A stretch of DNA of 56,754 bases from Guillardia theta CCMP2712 (lineage: Eukaryota > Protista > Cryptophyta), in contig NW_005434629.1 in the NCBI RefSeq assembly GCF_000315625.1, positions 168,153 to 224,906 of the forward strand. Reading direction: 5' to 3'. Both the position numbers and the translations under genes were made by a program. The notes below the pieces were generated by a model, which saw nothing but the letters and a program-made list of their open reading frames with translations, was not told where the DNA came from and searched no databases. Positions 48,450 through 56,754 of this stretch are shown here, piece by piece; the stretch's first letter is position 1; each line of letters opens with the position of its first letter.

Positions 48450-50233
48450 TCAAGTCACTGCTGCTCTCTTCAACGCCAACGGGCCCTGGGGAAACACTTC
48501 AGACGAAGACAGCAGAGAAAGAGAAGCAAAGAAACGGGGACACTAGTGACAGATGAACAAATAAAGGGGAAGAGAAAGAGCGGACAAAGGGAACAACAAA
48601 CTTTGTGAGGGCCAACCTGATAGAAATGATGATAAAGCACCCCGATCAATCTCCCAACATTGAAAACGAAGTAAGAGCACCAAACTCCCGGCAAGCTTGT
48701 CCCCAGTATTGGGATCGTGAGCTGCAGCACGATCATTGCCAGGACTGTGTTGACTGCTAGCTGGCGGAAGGCTCTATGCCCCTGCATCACTCCCTCTCCA
48801 ACGAAGACAACCCCGTTCATGATCTGCATGGCAGCGCTGATGGTGAACGGGACGCGCGCCGCCTCCCTCACCTCTTCCAAGGGCGTGAAGACGTTGAGCA
48901 GGGGGATCATGGAGAGCTGGACGGCTGCCAGGATGCAGCCCACGATGAGGCCCCAGATGAGCATGCGGTTGGCTGTGTGCCGAGCAGACACAAGGTCCCC
49001 ATCTATCGAAGCCGTCGCCATGGCCTTGGGAACAAGGATAGCAGCCACTGTGCTCATGGCAAGCAGGATGACGCCTCCGATAGACCAGAGCTGTGTGGCG
49101 ATGGTGTGTGCTGCTGCCGACGTCCCCGTCAAGTCCATCGCCTGGATCCTTCCACTGCCAACGATGAAGACAGAGTTCATGGCCAGAGTTCGCAGCTGCA
49201 CGCTGAAGCCTGCGCTCATGAGTTCTGAGATGGCAGCTAAGGTCGGGACGCGGAACAAGGAGGAGGACTCGATGAATTTCTTCCGGAGGAGGATCGTCAG
49301 GTAGACGGAACAAGAGACAACGTCCGAGATGCAGGTGGCTAGACCAGCTCCCACCACACCAAACCCGAGCTTGAGGACGAAGATGGGAAGCAATGCGATG
49401 TGGAACAGGTTCGAGAAGGCGCTGACCATGAGAGGCGTGAACGTGTCCAACGTTCCTCGAAACGTAGCAAATCCAACGGTCGTGAGCATGGCAGGGACGA
49501 AGCTGGCGCCTCTGGCGAGGATGTAGGGGACTGCGTACTCCATCGCCGGGGCACCCGACGGGATGACAACGGAGACCAGGATCTGAGGAATGAGGACCAC
49601 AAGAGTCATCCCGATCGTTCCTATGAAGGTTGCGAGGAAGAGAGCCTCTGCAATGTGCTTGCGAACTCCTTCCATGTCTCCTTTGCCGTAGGCACTCGCC
49701 ACCAATGGCGTGATGACGCTGGGAAGGAACCCGAGCACCCAAAACGTTGTTGAGAACACCTGGTTCGCTGCTCCCTGCCCCGCCAGCGCTGCTGCGTTCC
49801 CCATCTTTCCCACCCAGAACGTGTCTGCAGCACCCACAAGAGGGACGAGCATGAAGTTGAGGATGGCAGGGAAGGATAGGACGACTACCATCTTGTCCAG
49901 GTAGTCTCCCCTTGGCAGCATCCCCTTTGGCTTCTGCGACGCATCCGTGGCATTTGCTGCGAACGCTGACGCTGCCGATGCCTGAGAGTGCTTTTGAGTC
50001 TTGTCACTCAACCCCTTGAAAGAGCTCGTCCGCTTGCTCGGTACCGACCAGCCAGGACGGGATGTACGGGGAAAGCCTGCGGGGAGGCCGATAGCGCGTC
50101 TGCCAGCGCTATCCCTTGTGACGCCAGGAGAAGAAATCAAGAACGATGCTGCCATTGACGTCCATGTCAGGAGCCAGATCGAGTAGGTGAGCGAAAACGC
50201 CAGGGAAGGGTTCCTCCTCGACTCTACTGCCAT
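48450..50233 (-). CDS. MATE (DinF/DTX44-47-like) transporter, probably plastid-targeted
   Basis: FPAILNFMLVPLVGAADTFWVGKMG..LAG, FRGTLDTFTPL and AAAHTIATQLW; about 12 hydrophobic segments; signal-like leader ending AASF plus an S/R-rich transit region; probable short last exon GPLALKRAAVT. Confidence 0.92.
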
Positions 50234-50628
50234 GTGTCCCATGCTCACGAAAACGATCAGATCCTTGGCAGTGTATCCCTCAGCTCTCTCAACTTCTGTT
50301 CTGACGTCCTGCAAGCCTCAACTCTCTCCTCTGCTCGTGGACTTCTTCGTTCCACTTCTCTTCTCCTCTCCTCTCCTCTCCCCTCCTCGCTACGGGCTTC
50401 GTTGTTGCCTGTGCATCGCCCCCACCCTGCCCTTATACCTACCGGCCCCTGCAAAATTAGTCACCCTCCTCCCCCTCCATCCATGTCCCTCATTCCTTCT
50501 CACACTTTAAAATTGCTCCCTTTCTTATCCATAATTTTCAGTAAACACCAACCAATATTGAAATTTTAGTGAAAAAGTTCACAGAGTGCTTGCTCTAATA
50601 AGATCAGATACATCCTCCCGACTACTGC

Positions 50629-52928
50629 ATGGCGGAAGCGGCTCGAAGCGAGCGAACAGGAGGAGACGATGGAGGCGACGAAGGGGAGCGCATGGCTGCA
50701 TGTACACGAGAGAAGAAGGTTGAAGCTCTGGAGGAGGAAGATGAAACTGCAGAGCAAAAAGGAATGAGCGAGCACGGCGCACTCACCATAGAGGATCCAA
50801 GTGCCGGCAAAGGCAGCATAAAGAAGAGGCTTGGCAGGCAGTGGCACAAGTACTGTCAGACGCTCCCCAGACACTACAAGGGAGGATTGATGAGCTCAGA
50901 TGAGGTGGATGCAAAGAGGGCTGGTCAGAATGTAGAGAGGAGACGGCCTGAGAAGGGGGATCATCATAAAGACAGCCACAGACGAGCAGGTGCTGCTCCT
51001 CCCCTCCCTGCATCACTGGATGCTGACCTCTTACATGGGTCAGGTCTCCCGGAGCATCAACGGTGCTCGTTCTGGATCGAACAGAAGAAGCGCCTGTGCT
51101 CGCGGCCCCGCATGGAACGCTCGTCCTTTTGTATCGGGCATCAAGTTGCGCAAGGGGCAGACGGTAAGGAAGATTCGTCCGAAGCAAGAGAGTGCGAGTT
51201 TTGTAGGACAAGGATCCTACCCGACAGGTAAGGCGGCGCGATCTCGACGGAGCCCAGCGGAGGGTTCGGTTCACCTTGTTGTTCCCTGCAGGTACGAGAG
51301 CCACCTGAAGCGATGCAACGTCAGGACGAGGGAGGACGCGATGAGGTCGTGCCCGTACTACAAGCAAGACATCAACAGTGGATCGCAAGGACGTCCTTTG
51401 CCTTCCTCTCAGCCTGTGATGAGCGATGCGGAGGACCCTGTGGGATTCGTGGGGCGTGTGAATGAGAATTACGAAATCCACGTCAGGGCAATCGAAGAGG
51501 TGAGGATGAGAAATGGATAGTTTCAAAATTGATTTGATCAGGAAGCGAGAGAAGCAGTCATTGCGTTGCAGTGTACTCTTTGACCTGGCTCAAGCCGGCG
51601 GGAAAAGTCGAACGGATCCGAATGGAACTCTTTACAAACATCTCAAGCAAGATTCTTCGCTGATCTCAAACATGGAAGACAAGGGATTGCTCAATCATGT
51701 CACGGATTCCACGTTCATCGGTACTTCAATTCAGCTGTACATGACTTTTGATGATGATTGTTCTTTAGAATTTGGGGCTGGCAAAGCAATGCTGTCTTTG
51801 TCATTAGTACAGGTCTGCTAGTCCAATCTCGATTTTGTATTGACCTCGAGGAAACGGTTGACAGTGTGATGAGGCGGTCAACTTACTCTTGGTTGAGAAG
51901 GACAGCGGACACATGAAGGGGAAGGTCTCTCATAGCTGGACAAGGCCGTGAGGTCTCTTACGTGCTCCATACAGGCCGATCGAATCCTCCGCCTCCGATC
52001 CCGTGGAGCTTTCCAGCGGCTGACTGTCGACATCCGGCACCTTGACCTCAGGGCAGTTCCCTGCGGAGAAATGTAAGGGCAGCTGCATCTTCGAACCAGG
52101 ACTCTGAAGGGTTCTACCTTAGACCTCTCATGAGTAGCGTCGTTGGGATCTCCAAGCACCTTTGCGGAGTAGCCACGGACCTTGCGTTGCGATGTCTGGT
52201 GAACTATCACCACAGTGGAGGTCTCCAAGGCTCGATGTGTGCCTCTACATTCCGAGTTTGACTATCAGTTGAATTCTCAGGTCCGGGGGAAAATCAGGGG
52301 CCCAATGCGGTCAAAGGAATCTGCATCGCTCTGTGCTGTCATCACCTGTGCACCTGGGATGACTATGTGGGGAAGAAATTCTTCGTCAACGACCTGGTTC
52401 GCTTTCGCCGCCTGCCCCCTGGATTCGTGCTGACGTGTTGGGACACCAGCAGATAGGAAGGGGGGGGTTCGAGATGATGTGCAAGTATGCCTCGTGGGCA
52501 ACGGGATGTCGACAGCATATGAATGAGAAGCAGAAAACAGGAGACAACAATGTATGTCATCTCCATCCTCTCCCTTTTTACATCCTCTCCTCACAATATG
52601 GCAGGTAGAGCAACAAGACTCCAGTCAGCATCATCACAACGCCAAGGTAACCGTTTGCAATCTACATGAGCTACTCAGTATCATAACGCTTGCGTGCGGA
52701 CTGTCCAGATAACGATGTCGAGGGAAGAGAAGGTCTTGCTCTACATCTGAACTCGCTCACCAATCTGAGACAAGAGTTTTCTAGGTGAAATTCGGCCGTA
52801 AGTGCAAACGTCTCATCGACGTTGGGAGGGTCTTGTACGTTCGGGAGCAACTTGGACTTTCATGCGAGCTAGCGGCATACGTTTCAGAAGACTTAACGCC
52901 GGAGAATATTATGCTGATTGCATCCTGA
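50629..52928 (+). CDS. TRM13: tRNA:m4X 2'-O-methyltransferase TRM13; multi-exon
   Basis: CCCH finger CSFWIEQKKRLC..FCIGH; CHHC-like CEFC..ESHLKRC; PYYKQDINSG; EFGAGKAMLS; DIRHLDL; SKHLCGVATDLALRC; C-terminal TPENIMLIA. Confidence 0.93.
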
Positions 52929-53689
52929 CCCTTAGAGCTCTCGATCGGTCAGCAAACCTCATTTTTTCTTGATGGATAAGGTTTGCCTCCAAATCCACCG
53001 AAAAGAACTCAATCGCTCTGGTGCGATACCTAAGGAATTGAGAGGAACTTCTGATGCTTCTGAATGAGCGGTCATTTTCGTGCCTGCACACTCCTCTACG
53101 AAAATGTCGTGGCTTGATAGTAAATTGAAGTACTGTGATTGAACAGGGCATCAAGATATATTTCTTTTGTGCGAAAAGATATCATTTGCGGCAATCATTT
53201 TCGCTGCAGAGTTTGTAAGGAAACAACAGGCATTTATTCAGTGAAGAGATCTATCATGGAGCCGGTGGCTCCTACTATTTGTCGCGTTCTCTTTGACGAT
53301 ATCAAAGAAATACAATAAGAAAGCGCTCTCAGCTGCTTTGTCCGACAGGGGCATCTGTACTCCTTATAACGAATATGGTCTTCACCGTTCAGATCGCAAG
53401 ATCCGCAATCGCAATGGCAGGAGCATTCAGATTCGACGTCTCTAGTGGTTTCGGAGGACTCGTCGCTGGTCCGATCGAGCTCTTCTGTGTGCGGGGTGTG
53501 CGACGAGATGAGGATATCCTTGCAGACGATGGTGCATTCGTGGACGTGCATGGTGTCTATGATATCTATGGAGTCAGGGAGAAGCGGAGAGGATCGGTGG
53601 ACGTTTGTGGACGAGGGTGACGGACAAGACGATGAGGAGCAGGATTTGGAGCAAACAGATTTACTCCAATTAAAGCCGGTTCTAGAATG

Positions 53690-54600
53690 ATAGGGTGGGG
53701 TGGATGACCGTCGAGTCATTACAAGGGTACTTTAGGGAATTAAGGTGGGTCATATCCGAGGCAAACTGAACTGAGGGGGTGGGGAGGGGGGGGGGAGAAG
53801 GGGGCGCGGTCGGATGCGCAGGCTGGAACTTGAAATGAAAAGTAATCTTTTCGAGAGAGGGTGTCATCGGTCCCTCGAAGATACCGATCTCTGGACCCGA
53901 AACAGATCCGTTTCGTGCACAGGGGATGGATGCTACAACCTTATAGTCTGCGAAATGAGTCCCTCCGGCAACGGCTCGGAACCCTCCCACTCACTGATCG
54001 TTCTTTTACTTAACTTTGAGTAAACCAGATCGGACGGTCGTAGAGCGTTGGGGCCCCTTCAGCCCTCACACGCTCACTGCCAGTCGTCACGCGTGAGTAG
54101 AGCCTCGGGCCTTCAGCCCTAATACGTCCAAGCCTTGGGGGCCCTCCCTCACAGCGGCCTCACCGAGTCAGCCGTCCCAGTGTGAAAGTCAAACTTGAAA
54201 GTTTCCCCTTGCCACGCTTTGACGCTGTGTGGGCAAAACTGCCCGCCGCGCTGACTGTCACAAGCCCCGGTGCGTTCCGCCGCGCCCGCCGGCGGCTGAC
54301 GTTCACAGACTGTGTAGGAATTAACTGGCACGGGGGGTCAAACTGCCCTGAGGCTGAGGCCCACTGAGTCCGGCCCTGAAAGATCGGATGACCGCCGAAC
54401 TTCGGAACAAACATGCCACACTAGCTGATTTTTAACTTAACTTTGAGTAAAGAGCGGTCAGGCGACCGGTTGAAGGGTTGGCAATTTTCTTTCTTGCACT
54501 CTCTTGGTTTTTCGAGCCTCCGAAGTTCAACTTCGGCACTCAGTCAAATTTAAATAGGGGTGTACTGATTTTTCACTTAACTTTGAGTAACTTAAAAAGG
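53690..54600. repeat. Repeat island with three copies of the CTGATTTTT.ACTTAACTTTGAGTAA motif
   Basis: Copies at 53993-54024, 54424-54451 and 54564-54590 among CGG-rich sequence. Confidence 0.65.
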
Positions 54601-54727
54601 AATGGGGAATACCGGTACTCATGAGAGCCTTTATTGCCAATTCAACCCCCGCAGCTGAGGTGGGCATGGGGGATCAAGGGCTGTGCGCGCATCACGCTCG
54701 TCAGACGGTAAGGAGGGAGGGATGGGA

Positions 54728-54965
54728 GGGAGTGATGGAGCTGAGGAGATGGATGGATATGCTGGGAGTGATGGAGCTGAGGAGATGGATGGATATGCTG
54801 GGAGTGATGGAGCTGAGGAGATGGATGGATATGCTGGGAGTGATGGAGCTGAGGAGATAGATGGATATGCTGGGAGTGATGGTGCTGAGGAGATGGATGG
54901 ATATGCTGGGAGTGATGGTGCTGAGGAGATAGATGGATATACTGGGAGCGATGGAGCTGAGGAGA
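54728..54965. repeat. 36-bp tandem repeat, about 6.5 copies (GGGAGTGATGGAGCTGAGGAGATGGATGGATATGCT)
   Basis: Directly visible. Confidence 0.95.
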
Positions 54966-55073
54966 CAGAGGACAGACTCCTTACTGTGGACTTCACTTGG
55001 TCTGCAGCACTCGTGCATTAAATCGAGAAAGTCGAGGTTGGTGAAGAGTCCTGTGTGTTGATGATGGAATTAG

Positions 55074-56400
55074 GCACAATCGACACAGGATCTCAAATGG
55101 GAGAAGCCTGCCAACGTCAAGGTTGTGCTGGGATCGCAGAGCTTTTATCGCAAGGCTTTGGTGAACAGCTTGTTTGCAAGGGGTGCGATTATGTTCTTAT
55201 GCTAGTGTAGTTGGGCGATCTTGGGATCGAGTTCGAGTGCTTTCCAGCAGACATCGATGAGAAGGCCATCCGCTTCGATGACCCTGAGGTATCTTCCTTG
55301 TGCTGCAGGATGGGGAGGGTTGAGCAAAGGGAAAGGAACTTGTCAAGGCAATCGCTAACGCAAAGGCCGACACTCTGTTGAGCCGTCATTGTCGGGAGGG
55401 AGTATGGTTCGATCTTGATGCTGCTGCCTCATCCTCGCATCGACTCCGATCTCGCAGGGTCAACCCAGATGGCTCCAAGCATGAAGGAGTGACTCTCCTG
55501 GTTACAAGTGACCAGGTCTGCCGATACCTCCGACTCTGCTATGGCTCACTTGCAGCAGGTGGTGGTGCACGAGGGCAGGATCCTTGAGAAGCCCGAGAGC
55601 GAGGAGGAGGCACGAGCTTTCATCACCGGCTACACGACAAGCCCTCCTTCCACTGTCAGCGCCATCGTCGTCACCAACGTGTCCAACGGCAAGAGAGTCT
55701 GTGGGATCGACAGGGCGGCTGTTGTCTTCAAGTGAGCAGGAGGAGCTGCCACCAGCTCCCTCGCCGCTCCCCGACCCTGATGGCTTCAACGTAGGAGCAT
55801 TCCAGCAGAAGTCATCGAGCTTCTCATCAAGGATGAAGCAACGATGCACTGCTGTGGTAAGGGCAACCACCAGGGCTTCTCTTTCGCACATCCTCCTCAT
55901 TCGCTGCGCAGGAGGGCTAGTGGTGGAGGAGCCCAAGGTGCAGCCCTACATTGACCGCATCGAAGGAGGCGAGGAGGAGAAGGATCGTTTCTCTTCGAGG
56001 GAAGCTGACGCTATCTCAGGCATGGACTCTGTCATGGGCCTGGGAAAAGCTGTGACCAGGTCCTCTCCTCGTTTTTCTTCCAACTGTCTTGCCCCTGCCC
56101 TTCACCTCTTCCTGTGTACTGCTTCTTCCTTTTCCTCCCTCCTCTGTGCCCTTTCTTCATCGTCTTTCAAACCTTGTTTTTCCTTCTGACATACCCCGAA
56201 CCGCCATGCTCGTACTTCCCATACATCCCTTCACCTTCCTATCTCTTCCTCCCCCTCCTCTTGTTCCCGCTCTTTGTTTCCATTCTTCTGTCTCCCAATG
56301 CCCTCCCCCCTCTTCCCCCTCCCTTCCCTTGTCCCTGTCCTACTGTTCTCATCGGCTCACATTGGGCGGCAGAGATCTTCTTGTCAAGGCCTTGGAGTGA
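55074..56400 (+). CDS. Maf-family nucleoside triphosphate pyrophosphatase; multi-exon, start probably in an upstream exon
   Basis: VVLGSQSFYRKAL, ADIDEKAIR, LLVTSDQVVV..ILEKPESEEEA, CCGGLVVE and DSVMGL. Confidence 0.92.
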
Positions 56401-56754
56401 GAGGAGGTGCGAGCGAGCGAGCGAGTGAGCGAGCGAGCCCAGCATGTAGAAGGATGTCTGCTAGTAAAGCCCACCCTCCTGTCCACTTCCCTCCGTGCTC
56501 GCCATCTCCGTCCCATACCCCCAATGCCTTCCTCCTCCAACGCACTCAGACGGCGGCTCTCCTATCATGCAAGATGGTCCGAGCGGCATCCTCTTCTCAT
56601 CGCCAACCTTCTCCTTCGCCCAGCGCTGGAAGTTGATCGGAGGAGGAGGGGAGAGGCCCGACGGAGGGCGGGCAGGGAGCAGGGCAGATGGGGGGGAGAG
56701 GATTTATCGGGGGGAGAGCTCTACAAATAAAAACGAAGGGTGCAAAAAGAAAGG

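Noticed and set aside
47059-50233. Amidase + MATE as a co-transferred bacterial operon
   Set aside because: The genes are convergent and the MATE has a eukaryotic plastid-type leader; no functional link is evident.
53256-53690. Small gene downstream of TRM13
   Set aside because: Several short overlapping ORFs, but no consistent splice model or motif could be supported.

Overview
Gene-dense eukaryotic nuclear DNA with many short (about 45-70 nt) GT-AG introns, purine/pyrimidine-skewed intron expansions and two N gaps. Bipartite signal peptides ending in Phe suggest an alga with a red-derived complex plastid; the style fits a cryptophyte such as Guillardia theta (inference, not checked). Recognisable genes: an EH+UBA endocytic/AP-1 accessory protein, a secreted protein with a bacterial-type domain, a multi-Tudor plus two-AP2 protein, coiled-coil, TPR and PDZ proteins, a Nudix hydrolase, a GT8 glycosyltransferase, a truncated P-type ATPase N-terminal module, a tandem tRNA-Thr(CGT)/tRNA-Ser(CGA) pair, a METTL21-like methyltransferase, a beta-helix protein, an AmiE amidase, a MATE transporter, TRM13 and Maf. 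Most striking observation: intergenic CGG/CCGG-rich islands. One holds a Ty1/copia RNase H relic (22746-22974) whose consensus spacing is restored by removing seven short insertions, five containing CGG. Similar insertions occur in a minisatellite, suggesting a repeat-targeted micro-insertion process. Exon boundaries were read by eye and are approximate.
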